DNA of 64,000 nucleotides. It comes from Thermoanaerobaculia bacterium (GTDB taxonomy: Bacteria > Acidobacteriota > Thermoanaerobaculia > Gp7-AA8). The notes below the pieces were generated by a model. That model was not told the DNA's origin, searched no databases, and was given only the letters and a program-made list of their open reading frames with translations. The DNA lies in NCBI GenBank assembly GCA_035276475.1, contig DATELQ010000048.1, forward strand, positions 87 to 64,086. Reading direction: 5' to 3'. The position numbers were made by a program, and so were the translations under genes. Below are positions 1-9,891 of the stretch, piece by piece. Within the stretch, counting starts at the first letter, position 1. Each line of letters begins with the position of its first letter.

Positions 1-1
1 G

Positions 2-1213
2 CCGCTCGCGCAGCTCGACGGCGGCGGCGCCGATCCGCTCTATCGCCTCGACGACGACCGCGCCGTCCGCCAGCACGCCGCCGCGACGCTCGAGTCGCGC
101 GGTTGGCTCGCCAGCGCGCACGCGTCGTCAAAGCACAGCAACGGTATCCGCACGATCCTCCTCTTCCCGCCCTCGCTCGCCGACTCGACCGACCGCAGCC
201 TGGCCTCGCGCGAAGAAGGGGCGTCGCTGCAGTTCCGGCGCGCCACCTGGCGCCTCGGCGCCGACGCCGCGGCGCAGCGCTTCGAGGCGCGCTACTTCGA
301 CGTCGGCGGCAGCGCGCCGATCGCGGCGACCACCGCCCATCGCACGGTTCTCGCCGCCTACGCGACGGAGCGCCTGTCCCTCGGCGCGCACCTCGCGCTC
401 GTCGGCGGCCTCCGCGGCGACGCCATCCGCAACCGCGGAACGAGCGACACGGCGTGGTCGCCGCGCCTGGCGCTGCACGCCGCCGCCGGCGCGTTCACCG
501 CCTACCTCGGCGCAAGCTCCGGCTTCAAGGCGCCGACGCTCGAGCAGCTCTACGACGTCCGCCCGCTGCGTGCCTTCGGCAGCACGTTCTCGCTGGCGAA
601 TCCCGACCTCGTCCCGCAGCGCGCCCGCAGCATCGAGGCCGGCGTCGCCCATCGCGACACGCTCGGCCTCTGGCAACTCGATGCGTACTTCACCCGCGTC
701 GCGCACGAGATCGACTTCGACCCCCGCACGTTCCGCTACGGCAACATCAGCCGCAGCGAGCACCGCGGCGTCGAGGCCGCGTTCGAGCCCGCCGCCGGCG
801 CGCGCCTCGTGCCGCGCCTGACGTACACGTGGATGCGCGTCGTCTCCCGCGATGACCCCGCGCGCGCACAGCTCAAGAACATCCCCGAGCACTCCGCCTC
901 GGCGATGCTGACGGCCCACCTCCCGCTCGCCCTCGACGCGACGGCGCTCTTCGCCTGGAACGCCAACCGCTGGTTCGACGACGCCGAGTCCGTCCCCGCC
1001 CCCGCCACCCGCGCGCTGTCGCTGCGCCTCCAGCGCGCCGTGGGCCCCGCGACGCTACGCCTCGACGTAGTCAACGCCACCGCCGCGCACAACGCGGCGC
1101 TCGGCTTCGTCCTCGCAGACTTCCGCGGGCAGCCGTTCGCGTACGCCTATCCGGATGCGCGGCGGGCGGTGCGGTTGTCGATCGACTGGAGTCACCGCCG
1201 GCCGGGTACGTAA
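2..1213 (+). CDS. TonB-dependent outer-membrane receptor, C-terminal part (5' end outside window)
   Basis: Frame 2 is open from the window edge. Translation is beta-barrel-like (FKAPTLEQLY, NPDLVPQRARSIEAG, DFDPRTFRYGNISRSEHRGVE) and ends in an aromatic-rich C-terminus, as in TonB-dependent receptors. Confidence 0.75.
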   Translation, partial: PLAQLDGGGADPLYRLDDDRAVRQHAAATLESRGWLASAHASSKHSNGIRTILLFPPSLADSTDRSLASREEGASLQFRRATWRLGADAAAQRFEARYFDVGGSAPIAATTAHRTVLAAYATERLSLGAHLALVGGLRGDAIRNRGTSDTAWSPRLALHAAAGAFTAYLGASSGFKAPTLEQLYDVRPLRAFGSTFSLANPDLVPQRARSIEAGVAHRDTLGLWQLDAYFTRVAHEIDFDPRTFRYGNISRSEHRGVEAAFEPAAGARLVPRLTYTWMRVVSRDDPARAQLKNIPEHSASAMLTAHLPLALDATALFAWNANRWFDDAESVPAPATRALSLRLQRAVGPATLRLDVVNATAAHNAALGFVLADFRGQPFAYAYPDARRAVRLSIDWSHRRPGT

Positions 1214-1914
1214 AGCGAGTACGTCGCCACCTGTGCCTCCGCGTCGCCGCGCAGGCCGTAGGCGATCACTTGGTACGTTCCGGGCGTCAGCAGGCGCGCT
1301 GGGACTTCGACGGTGAAGCTGTCGCTCTTCGGCCGGCGCAACTCGCGGCTCGACCAGACGCGCTCGTGCGATGGCGTGCGGATCAGATCGAGGCGGTATG
1401 TCTGGTAGTCGGTCAGGCCGACGATCGGCACGACGAGGAGGATGGCCTCGCCGGAAGCCCCGACCGCGGGCGGCGGTTCGGCAGGGCCGCGGTTGCCCTC
1501 GGGTCGCAGTACCGTCGCCTCCGGGAGGACGTGCGGCCGTAGCGACGCCGTGCGCGTCTGCCACAGCATGGCCCCGAAGACGATGGCGAGGGCTGCTGCC
1601 GCCGCGGCGGACCAACGCCAAAACTGCAGCACGCGCGCGCCGGCGGCGCGGGTGGCGCCGCGCAGAGCATTCCATTGACGCTCCACGACGTCGTCGGGAA
1701 GCTGCTCGTCTTCGGGAGGAAAAGGTGCGGCGTAGGCACGGGCGAGCTCCGGATAGGCGACGAGCAGTTGCTGCACGCGTTCCGCGTCTTCTTTCGAAAG
1801 TTTACCGGCCTCGTAGGCGAGGAGCTCCTCGACCGTAGGCGGCTCGCCGAGCCTCGCGCGGTCGTCGGCGAGCATGGCGTCGCGGACGGCCTGCCAGTCG
1901 GATCGTGTGATCAT
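1192..1914 (-). CDS. Membrane-spanning anti-sigma factor
   Basis: ATG at 1914 overlaps the sigma gene stop (ATGA). Short cytoplasmic N-domain, one TM (WSAAAAAALAIVFGAMLW), extracytoplasmic C-domain. Positioned directly downstream of an ECF sigma gene. Confidence 0.6.
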   Translation of the reverse strand: MITRSDWQAVRDAMLADDRARLGEPPTVEELLAYEAGKLSKEDAERVQQLLVAYPELARAYAAPFPPEDEQLPDDVVERQWNALRGATRAAGARVLQFWRWSAAAAAALAIVFGAMLWQTRTASLRPHVLPEATVLRPEGNRGPAEPPPAVGASGEAILLVVPIVGLTDYQTYRLDLIRTPSHERVWSSRELRRPKSDSFTVEVPARLLTPGTYQVIAYGLRGDAEAQVATYSLYVPGRR

Positions 1915-2453
1915 GGTTTGTCTCCGAGTTGCTCGCGGAGGGTACGTTTCGCGTCCCGCAGCCGCGATTTCACGGCATCTTCGGAGATGCCGAGGATTTT
2001 GGCGATTTCTTTGTAGGTACAATTTTCGAGCGAGAGGCGAAGGCACTCCCGCTGACCCGGTGGCAGCGACTCCACCGTCTTCCGTAATTTTTCCCGCTGC
2101 ACCTCGTCTGCCTGACGATCGGCATAGTCGGGCTCTTCGGGTGCGGCCGGATCAAGGCCCAGATCGGGATTATCGATCTCGACCAACGTCACGCTCCGCT
2201 TCTGCGTGTGCCGCGCGCGAACGTAATTGAGCAGGACCGTCCGAGCGATCGCGGATAGAAAGGGCCATTCATCGTCGTTGCGAATCTGTCCCATCCGTGG
2301 ATAAAGCCGCTTGAACGTGTCCTGAGCCAGATCGTGCGATTCGTCGTCGGAGACGCCGTTGCTCCGGAAATATCGCCAGACGCGCCCATAAGACTTTCGG
2401 TAAACCGCCTCGAAGCGCTCATCGTATGGGCCGTTGCCGTCTACAATGATCAT
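1911..2453 (-). CDS. ECF (sigma-70 family) RNA polymerase sigma factor
   Basis: Region 2 (ESHDLAQDTFKRLY) and region 4 HTH (CTYKEIAKILGISEDAVKSRLRDAKRTL). Start chosen at ATG 2453 (MIIVDGNGPY); the upstream part of the ORF is Arg-rich and implausible. Confidence 0.85.
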   Translation of the reverse strand: MIIVDGNGPYDERFEAVYRKSYGRVWRYFRSNGVSDDESHDLAQDTFKRLYPRMGQIRNDDEWPFLSAIARTVLLNYVRARHTQKRSVTLVEIDNPDLGLDPAAPEEPDYADRQADEVQREKLRKTVESLPPGQRECLRLSLENCTYKEIAKILGISEDAVKSRLRDAKRTLREQLGDKP

Positions 2454-2465
2454 GGTTCCCCGCTC

Positions 2466-5400
2466 ATGAAAGCCATTGCCACCGCCTGTGCTGTATTGCT
2501 GCTGGCAGGTGCCTGCAAACCTGAAGACACCAGCGGGGGCGGCGTGTGGGGGCGAACCGTCGAGCCGCGTTTGACGACGACGCGCTCGTGGCATGTCTGC
2601 ACGCCGGAATTATCGCCGGACCGCGCCGTCGCCCAGGCTCGATGCGCCGCGCCGCCGCTGCTGAAAGGTCGCTGCGACGACGTCGTCAATTCCTACGACG
2701 AGGCGACCGCGATGCTGGTGTCGCGTCCGCAGTGCACCGACGCGGCCATTGCGGCGCTGGAAAGGTTCTCCCGCGACGACGCGGCGGCGCTGAGCGACCT
2801 GGCCGCCGCGTATTACGTTCGCGCGCAGCGGAAAGACGATCCGGCGGATCTCCTCCTGGCCTTTGACGCCGCCCAACGCGCTGTGGCCATGAAGCCGCAG
2901 CCGCCGGGCGCGCAATTCAATGCCGCATTGATCCTCCAGGCGTTGTCGCTCAATGACGACGCCATCGACGCCTGGCAACGCGCCGCGGCCGTCGAGAAAG
3001 GAGAATGGGCGGATGAAGCCCGCGGACGTCACGCGGAATTGAAGCGCGCCATGACGCAAAACCAATGGCCGCAGGTCCGGGCTCAGATCGATGCTGCCCT
3101 CGACGCGCACGACGTGGTCAGCACGCGAAGCCTCATTGCCCTTTTTCCGGCGACTGCGCAGAAGCATTTCGAGGAGGACGTGATCCCTCAATGGGGAAAC
3201 GTCGCGCAGGTAACTACGTTCGCCGAGGCCTTGTCGCAATTCTTCAATGACAACTATTTTCGCGACGTTGCCGCGAAGATCGTCCATGCGCCGTCGCCGG
3301 CGTTGCGTGAGGGCCACCTCCGATTCGCGCAGGCTCGCGCCGCTGAAGCGTCACTCGGCCCTGGGACCGCCGCACCGCTTTACGAGCAGGCGGCACGGTT
3401 GCTGCGGGAGGCTGGAAGCCCGCAGCAATTGCTTGCCCGCATCGGCCATGCCGGACAAATCCCGTTCGTCACTGACCGTTACGAGCCCTCGCGCCGGGAG
3501 CTCGATGCCGTGGCGGCCGCGGGGCCGTCTTATCCGTCAGTCATCGCCCGTGTAGAGCTGAGTCGTCTCAACGTCGATCAATTCCTCGACCGTTACGACG
3601 CGCTGTTCCGCGCCTACGAAGCAGCGATGACTGCATATGGGCGGGTCGGGGATTGGGAAGACTGTGACGCCGCGAGAGCACGCGCCCTCAGTGCGATGAC
3701 GGTCGTGGGGCTCAAGGAGCGGGTCTGGCGCGAAGCGTTCGCCGCCGTACGCGACGCGCCGCGGCTGCAGGATTCGAAGACGCGGCACCTGCTCCTCGGC
3801 ACGGCCGCCAGAGCCGCGCTCAACCTCGGTTATCCGGAGTTGGCGTTGCGCTACCAGACTATCGCCGTCAATACCGCTCCGAACACCGCACACCTCGCCA
3901 TCGCCTTGTCCGAACGCGCGCTCATTCAACTCCGCCTGCAGCGCTATGACGACGCCCAGAGAGACCTCGATTCGGCCGTTCGCGCCAATAAGAAGCTCGT
4001 CGACGACAGCGCTCGCCACGTCGTGGAGGCCCGGCTGGTGGAGGTGCAAGGGGAGAGGACATTGCAGGTCGATCCTAAGCAGGCCGTGCAGACGTTCACG
4101 CAGGCCATCGACTTGGCCTCGAACGCGGAATACACGAGTTTCCGGGCCATGCTCTTTGCGCAACGCGCCGAGGCCTACCGCCGCAGCGGGCGGCTTGCCG
4201 AGGCCGAGGCGGACATGCGTCAGTCCCTCGCCCTATTGCACGGCGAAGAGGAAGGAATGCTCGGCGGGAGAAAACGGGGACAGGACGACGATCTCTGGAA
4301 CGCCTATTTCTCGCGCTTCGAAGAGACCTACGATCTTCTGATCCGGCAATTGATCGGTCAATCGCGCTTCGACGAAGCATTCCGCTATGCCGAGCGCGCC
4401 CGCGCCTACGAGCCGCTCGACCTCGTGCGCAAACTGCCGGCGGCGCCCAAGGCCTTTCGAGCCCTCGCGGCAGACCCCGATCATCTCGACATCGGGAAAT
4501 TGAGCGAGCAGTTGCCGCCGGGTACGTTTCTCATCGAATACCGCGTCTTCGACGATCGGACGTATGCGTGGATTCTCGGCCGTGGCCTCTTCACCGGACA
4601 GTGGCTGAAGGCGGGGAGCGGTGACGTGAAGCGCTGGACGAGCGCGCTACAGAACGGATCGAGCAACAAAGAAGCCTTCGAAGCCGCTCTCGAGCCGGCC
4701 TATGAGGCGCTTCTCAAAGGGCCGCTCGAGTCCATTGGCTCCGCGACGAGGATCGTCATCGTTCCGGACCGCCATTTGCGCGGTCTTTCCTTCGCGGCGC
4801 TGCGCAACCCCGACACGAAGCCGAAGCGCTATGTCATTGAAGACCGTGTCATATCGATGTCCGGCAGTGCGCTCCTGTATGTCTTTGCCCTCCTGCGCGA
4901 CCGCGACCTAGCGCCCGACACCTCCGCGCTCCTGGTCGCCGACCCGGCCTTCAATCAGCATTCGACGCTCGGACAAGGATGGCAGCGACTGCTGTTCGCG
5001 CGGAGGGAAGCGGAGCTGATCCGAGGTTTGTATGGGTCGCCGCAGATTCTCTCGGACAAGGCGGCCACTCCCGAGGAATTCCTCCGTTTGGCCGGGAATC
5101 GCGCCGTCATTCACATCGCCGCGCACGGCGTGGTCAATGGCGGCGCTCCGTCCCAGTCCTACCTTTTGTTCAATGGCGTGCTCAATGCCGAGATGCTCAT
5201 GAACGGACTGCACACCGACAGGACCCGTCTCGTCGTCCTCGGCGCGTGCAGCAGCGCGGGCGGACTGCCGGTCGGCGCGGAAGGCATCGCTCCGCTGGTC
5301 CGGCCGATCGTCGCCGCCGGCGTGCCCGGCGTCGTCGGCGCTCTGTGGGACATCAACGACGCCACGACGGCCGACCTTCTCGTGTCTTTTCATCGTCACT

Positions 5401-5573
5401 ATCGGCAGGGCGATGACGCGGCGACGGCGCTCCGGAAGGCGCAACTCGAGATGCTCCGGAGCGACAACCCCGGCAAGACGCCGGCGCGCATCTGGGCTCC
5501 GTTTCAGGCCATCGGCTACGCCTCTTCGCCCTTCGCATCGATGGGAGACATCACGAAGGAGAAACCACCTTGA
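2466..5573 (+). CDS. Exported lipoprotein with TPR-like helical repeats and a C-terminal CHAT (caspase-like) protease domain
   Basis: Lipobox at the N-terminus (MKAIATACAVLLLAGAC). Long Ala/Leu/Arg helical repeat region. C-terminal His/Cys dyad context HIAAHGV ... LVVLGACSSAGG, typical of CHAT. Confidence 0.85.
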   Translation: MKAIATACAVLLLAGACKPEDTSGGGVWGRTVEPRLTTTRSWHVCTPELSPDRAVAQARCAAPPLLKGRCDDVVNSYDEATAMLVSRPQCTDAAIAALERFSRDDAAALSDLAAAYYVRAQRKDDPADLLLAFDAAQRAVAMKPQPPGAQFNAALILQALSLNDDAIDAWQRAAAVEKGEWADEARGRHAELKRAMTQNQWPQVRAQIDAALDAHDVVSTRSLIALFPATAQKHFEEDVIPQWGNVAQVTTFAEALSQFFNDNYFRDVAAKIVHAPSPALREGHLRFAQARAAEASLGPGTAAPLYEQAARLLREAGSPQQLLARIGHAGQIPFVTDRYEPSRRELDAVAAAGPSYPSVIARVELSRLNVDQFLDRYDALFRAYEAAMTAYGRVGDWEDCDAARARALSAMTVVGLKERVWREAFAAVRDAPRLQDSKTRHLLLGTAARAALNLGYPELALRYQTIAVNTAPNTAHLAIALSERALIQLRLQRYDDAQRDLDSAVRANKKLVDDSARHVVEARLVEVQGERTLQVDPKQAVQTFTQAIDLASNAEYTSFRAMLFAQRAEAYRRSGRLAEAEADMRQSLALLHGEEEGMLGGRKRGQDDDLWNAYFSRFEETYDLLIRQLIGQSRFDEAFRYAERARAYEPLDLVRKLPAAPKAFRALAADPDHLDIGKLSEQLPPGTFLIEYRVFDDRTYAWILGRGLFTGQWLKAGSGDVKRWTSALQNGSSNKEAFEAALEPAYEALLKGPLESIGSATRIVIVPDRHLRGLSFAALRNPDTKPKRYVIEDRVISMSGSALLYVFALLRDRDLAPDTSALLVADPAFNQHSTLGQGWQRLLFARREAELIRGLYGSPQILSDKAATPEEFLRLAGNRAVIHIAAHGVVNGGAPSQSYLLFNGVLNAEMLMNGLHTDRTRLVVLGACSSAGGLPVGAEGIAPLVRPIVAAGVPGVVGALWDINDATTADLLVSFHRHYRQGDDAATALRKAQLEMLRSDNPGKTPARIWAPFQAIGYASSPFASMGDITKEKPP

Positions 5574-6628
5574 GCTTCATTTTGAAAATTTTCTTCAGCG
5601 GTCTGATGATCTTCACCCCCAGCTCCGACGGCAACGAAATGACCGTCGTCCTCCTCGCGGCCGGCCCCAGCCACTATCTCTCGGACGGCAGCGCGCTCCA
5701 CCAGCACAAGTCCATCCTCGTCGCCCGCGCCGGCGCCTGCAGCGGAGACTGCCCGGCGCGCGACAGCGACGTGGCCCAGTTCCTCTACGCCGATCAGTCG
5801 CCGGCAACGGCGCAGGACTCCATCGAAGCGGCGGTCGGCGGCGGCGGCGCGTGGCTGCTGTCCAACTCCGACCTCTCGTTGCAGAAGGCCAGCAGCAGCG
5901 ATCCCGCGCTGCCGGCCCTCTCGATCGTCAATAACGCCCGCACGCAGTCGTCGATCATCCCGTCGACGTCGTCGCAGCGCGAAGACATCAGTTGGATCGC
6001 CGACTTGAAGCAGCTCTGCGGCTCCAGCTGCACGCTCGACTCCTCGGTTCTCGGCTCGGCGCCGCCGTCCACCGTCGTGGCGCGTTTCCATCTGCGCACC
6101 GGGCGCGTCTTCACCCAGTCGATCGCCCGCATCGGCGCGAATGTCACGCCGGTCCACTTCTCGCGGCTCGACGGCAGCGGCAGCGCGTCGTCGTATTCGC
6201 AGGCGATCGCCACCTGGGTCGGCGCCGAGATCGAGGTCTCCGGCAGCGGTATCGAGATCGTGGAGAGCAAGTTCAACGGCGATCCCGGCCGCACCATGAC
6301 TCTTACCCCCGACGCGAATCACACCATGGAGATCGCCGTCCTCGATCTTCCGCCGTTCGTTCCGCCGGCGTCGTCGAACAACGACGCACCGCAGGTCGGC
6401 AAACACTTCGAGGCCTACTACGACCTCCTGGCCAGCCCGCCCGCGAAGGAGACGCGCCTCGTCCCGCGCGCCGGCGCGCTGAGCGGTGCGCAGTACTCCA
6501 CGGTCGACTGGTCGACGGTCCATCCCACATCAGCCGTCTACTCCACGCTGCTCAACAGCCTGCGGCTGGACGTCGGGCGTGCCGCCTACAACCGCTTGCT
6601 CTGCCCTCCCGCCATCATCGAGCCGTAA
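5570..6628 (+). CDS. Uncharacterised protein, paralogous to 40217..40990
   Basis: TTG start overlaps the CHAT stop (TTGA). No recognisable domain. Shares N-terminal (FFSGLMIF) and C-terminal (HFEAYYDLLASPP..RLVPR) motifs with the product of 40217..40990. Confidence 0.6.
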   Translation: MSFILKIFFSGLMIFTPSSDGNEMTVVLLAAGPSHYLSDGSALHQHKSILVARAGACSGDCPARDSDVAQFLYADQSPATAQDSIEAAVGGGGAWLLSNSDLSLQKASSSDPALPALSIVNNARTQSSIIPSTSSQREDISWIADLKQLCGSSCTLDSSVLGSAPPSTVVARFHLRTGRVFTQSIARIGANVTPVHFSRLDGSGSASSYSQAIATWVGAEIEVSGSGIEIVESKFNGDPGRTMTLTPDANHTMEIAVLDLPPFVPPASSNNDAPQVGKHFEAYYDLLASPPAKETRLVPRAGALSGAQYSTVDWSTVHPTSAVYSTLLNSLRLDVGRAAYNRLLCPPAIIEP

Positions 6629-6652
6629 TCGTCGCTGGAGGACAGGCGATTC

Positions 6653-7051
6653 GTGCCTGTCCTCCCTTTCGCCATGAATCGAATTGCATTGGCAGTCTGC
6701 CTCTTCGCGGCCTTCTGTGCGCCGTCGCCGCGCGGCGAGCGCATCGCCGCGGCGTCGCTGCTCACGGCACATTGCGCCACGTCACGCCTGACGAAGTGGA
6801 ACATCCGCGGCCGCGCCGCCGGCGCCGACTGCAACGTTCTTCTCGTCGAGACCACTATGGTCCTGGAAGACTCGCTGGTGGAGGCCATTCACTACGGCAG
6901 CGGTGCCTACGCCGTGGTCGACGGCGGCGTGCGCCGCTTCACGCGAGAGCGCGCGTTCCGCGGTGTGGTTTACCGCGACCGCACCGGCCGCGTCTGGAGC
7001 TACGGCGATCTCACGCAAGCGGAAGCGGAGGAACTGCAGCCATGCCGCTGA
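6653..7051 (+). CDS. Small secreted hypothetical protein
   Basis: GGAGG about 10 nt upstream of GTG 6653. Signal-peptide-like N-terminus (NRIALAVCLFAAFCAPS). Overlaps the next gene by 10 nt. An alternative ATG lies at 6674. Confidence 0.5.
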   Translation: MPVLPFAMNRIALAVCLFAAFCAPSPRGERIAAASLLTAHCATSRLTKWNIRGRAAGADCNVLLVETTMVLEDSLVEAIHYGSGAYAVVDGGVRRFTRERAFRGVVYRDRTGRVWSYGDLTQAEAEELQPCR

Positions 7052-9153
7052 AGCGGATCGTCCTCGTACTCGCGCTGGTCGCGCAAACCGCGGCGGCGGC
7101 GCCGCATCGACGCGCGCTCCTCGTCGGCATCAATGACTACTCGGCGTCGCATCTGACGCCGATCCGTGCGCCGGCGTCCGGGCGCGACTGGCCGAACCTC
7201 GCGGGCGCGGTGAACGACACCGCCGCGCTGCGCGAGCTGCTCGTGCTGCTGCACGGCTTCGACGCGCGCGACGTCGTCACGCTGAACGACCAGTCGGCGA
7301 CGCGTAGCGCCATCCTCGGTGCCGCGAATCGTCTCGCCGCGACTGCGGCAAAAGACGACATCGTGCTCTTCTACTTCGCCGGCCACGGCTCGCAGAGGAG
7401 CAACTCGAAGTCCGACGAGCCCGACAAGCTCGACGAGTCGATCGTGCCGGCCGATTCGCGCCGCGGCGCCGACGACATCCGCGACAAGGAGCTCCGCCGC
7501 GTGTTCAACGCCATCCTCGACCGCGGCGCGCACCTGACCGTAATCATCGATGCCTGTCACAGCGGCTCCGGGGCGCGCGGGCTCCTCACGCTCACCCAAC
7601 CGCGCGGCATCCGCGCCGACTTGCGCGACGTCGCCGACGGCGGCGACTACGGTCCGCGCCCGGAGAACCGCGGCGCGCTCGTCATCAGCGCCGCGCACGA
7701 CGACGAAGAGGCGCGTGAAGTGCGCGACGGCCGCGAGACGATGCACGGCGCCTTCACCTGGGCCTGGATGCGCGCCATGCGCGACGCCACGGCGGACGAG
7801 ACGGCGATGGCGACGTTCACCCGTGCGCAGGCGCGGCTGCGTGCGGAGATGCCGTTTCAGAATCCCGTAATCGCCGGCGACGCCGCGCAGCGCAACACTC
7901 CGTTCCTCGGCACGCACGCGGAGGCCGCACGCACGGCCTTCGCCGTCGAGCGCGTCCGCGGCGACGGTACGGCTGTCATCTCCGGCGGCTGGGCGCACGG
8001 GATCACCGTCGGCAGCGAGCTACGCGTCGCCGGCGACCGCATGCAGCCGCCGCTCGTCGTCACGAGTCTCCTCGGCCTCGGCCGCTGCGAAGCGCGCATT
8101 CCGGCGGCGGCGCACGTGCGTAGCGGAATGCTGCTGGAGCTCGTCGGCTGGGCCGCGCCGCCGCCGCGCGTGTTGCGCATCGCCATGCCGCACGCCGACA
8201 TCGACGTCGCCGCATTCGCACGCCGCGTCGCCAAGACAGGCGTGACGTTGATTGACGATCCGACGAAGCGCACACCCGATCATGTGTTGCGCTGGGCGGG
8301 CGGGTGGTGGGAGCTCGTCGATCGCGCCGGCCGTGCAACGTCATTCGACTCACTCGCCCGACTGCACGGCTCCGTCTTCGTGCAACTCCCTGCACCGACC
8401 GAGCTGGCGAAGGCCATTGCCGGTCCCGCCGTCCTCGACGTCGTCGAGCGCGCCGAAGATGCGGACTACGTGCTCGTCGGCCGCTTCGTGCGTAATCACC
8501 TCGAGTACGCGTGGGTGCGGCCGAACGCGCAGCGCGGCATCTCCACGCTGCCGCTGCGCAGCGTCTGGCTCACCGCCACGTTCGACATCGCGCACGTCCT
8601 GCAACACCGCGCGCTCGTGCTGCACAAGATCGCCGCGTGGAGCTTTCTCGAGTCGCCGGGACGGTGGCCGTATCACCTCGTGCTGCACGGCGACCGGGAG
8701 GTCACCGATAAAGTCGCGGGCGGCGAGACGTACACGCTCGAGCTCCGCGCCACCGCACCGCTGCGCAGCGTTCCTCGGCGCCACCTCTACGTCTTCACGA
8801 TCAACCAGTACGGCGAATCGACGCTCCTCTTCCCGCTGAGCGGCTCGGTGGAGAACCACGTCCCGCTCGCCGGCGCGCCGCCCGTCATCCCGCTCCAGGC
8901 GAAGTTCCAGATTGCGAAGCCCTACGGAGTCGACACGTACTTCCTCCTGACGACGGACGAGCCGCTCACGAATCCGTGGATCCTGGAGTGGGAGGGCGTG
9001 CGCAGCGCGCCGCCGCCCACGAAGACCGCGCTCGAGCGCCTCCTTGCGCTCACCAGCTCCAGCGAGCGCGCCGCGCGCATCGTCACGCCGGCGACGTGGT
9101 CGATCGAGCGCATCGCCATCGAGTCCGTGCCGCCGCGCCGCCACAAACGCTGA
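7042..9153 (+). CDS. Secreted caspase-family (peptidase C14 / metacaspase-like) protein with long C-terminal extension
   Basis: Signal peptide (MPLKRIVLVLALVAQTAAAAP). RALLVGINDY, catalytic contexts FYFAGHGS and VIIDACHSGSG. The C-terminal region (YVFTINQYGESTLLFPL) resembles the DUF4384-type domain often fused to bacterial caspases. Confidence 0.85.
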   Translation: MPLKRIVLVLALVAQTAAAAPHRRALLVGINDYSASHLTPIRAPASGRDWPNLAGAVNDTAALRELLVLLHGFDARDVVTLNDQSATRSAILGAANRLAATAAKDDIVLFYFAGHGSQRSNSKSDEPDKLDESIVPADSRRGADDIRDKELRRVFNAILDRGAHLTVIIDACHSGSGARGLLTLTQPRGIRADLRDVADGGDYGPRPENRGALVISAAHDDEEAREVRDGRETMHGAFTWAWMRAMRDATADETAMATFTRAQARLRAEMPFQNPVIAGDAAQRNTPFLGTHAEAARTAFAVERVRGDGTAVISGGWAHGITVGSELRVAGDRMQPPLVVTSLLGLGRCEARIPAAAHVRSGMLLELVGWAAPPPRVLRIAMPHADIDVAAFARRVAKTGVTLIDDPTKRTPDHVLRWAGGWWELVDRAGRATSFDSLARLHGSVFVQLPAPTELAKAIAGPAVLDVVERAEDADYVLVGRFVRNHLEYAWVRPNAQRGISTLPLRSVWLTATFDIAHVLQHRALVLHKIAAWSFLESPGRWPYHLVLHGDREVTDKVAGGETYTLELRATAPLRSVPRRHLYVFTINQYGESTLLFPLSGSVENHVPLAGAPPVIPLQAKFQIAKPYGVDTYFLLTTDEPLTNPWILEWEGVRSAPPPTKTALERLLALTSSSERAARIVTPATWSIERIAIESVPPRRHKR

Positions 9154-9249
9154 GCCGCGGTGTCTAGAGAGCAAGCGACCTCCTCGCGAGAACGGCCGCT
9201 GCGGGCACGTGCAGCGGGCGTCCGCATCGCGACGGAGGTCGCCCATGAC

Positions 9250-9891
9250 ATGGGTTTTTATCTGCGCAAAAGCGTCGCGATCGGGCCATTCCGATTCAAC
9301 CTCTCCGGCTCCGGAGTCGGCATGTCCGTCGGCGTGCGCGGACTACGCGTCGGCAGCCGCCCGCGCGGTAACTACGTCCGCATCGGCCGCGGCAGCGTGT
9401 ATTACCAGCAGAACTTTGGCGGGCGCACGCCCGAACGGCCGCTGCAGGAGATCGCCTCGGCGGACGCCGCGCAGATCGTCGACTCCTCATCCGAACAGCT
9501 GGTGGCCGAGCTTCGCGACAAGCAACGAATGCTCCGCCGGATGCCGCTGGTTGCGATGGGCTCGGTGATCGTGATGCTGTTCGCCGCAGCGCTTCCGGCG
9601 TGGGCGTTCGTGACGCTGGCGATCATGGCGATCGTTGCGATCGCCGCAGCGCATCGCGGCGACGTGCTGCGCAAAACCTCCGTGATCGTCGACTACACCT
9701 GGCGCTACGTCAACCGCAGCGGCGGCCCCGACCGCCGCTTCAGCAACAACCCGCGCATTCCCGTCTGCCTCTACGACGAGTTGCACTTCCGCACCGCCTC
9801 CGGCCTCCACGACGTCGTACAGCTCTCGCGCAGCGGCTTGGCCGAGGGGTTTGCGGCGGCCGTGCGGCACCTCGGCGCGGTCGTCAAATGA
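9250..9891 (+). CDS. DUF4236-like membrane protein
   Basis: N-terminus MGFYLRKSVAIGPFRFNLSGSGVGMSVG matches the DUF4236 signature as I remember it. Two predicted TM helices (LVAMGSVIVMLFAAALPAWAFVTLAIMAIVAIAAA). Confidence 0.65.
   Translation: MGFYLRKSVAIGPFRFNLSGSGVGMSVGVRGLRVGSRPRGNYVRIGRGSVYYQQNFGGRTPERPLQEIASADAAQIVDSSSEQLVAELRDKQRMLRRMPLVAMGSVIVMLFAAALPAWAFVTLAIMAIVAIAAAHRGDVLRKTSVIVDYTWRYVNRSGGPDRRFSNNPRIPVCLYDELHFRTASGLHDVVQLSRSGLAEGFAAAVRHLGAVVK

Noticed and set aside
5992-7041. Upstream extension of the caspase ORF (track ORF 5992..9153)
   Set aside because: It is an Arg-rich translation overlapping two better-supported genes. A signal peptide follows ATG 7042.
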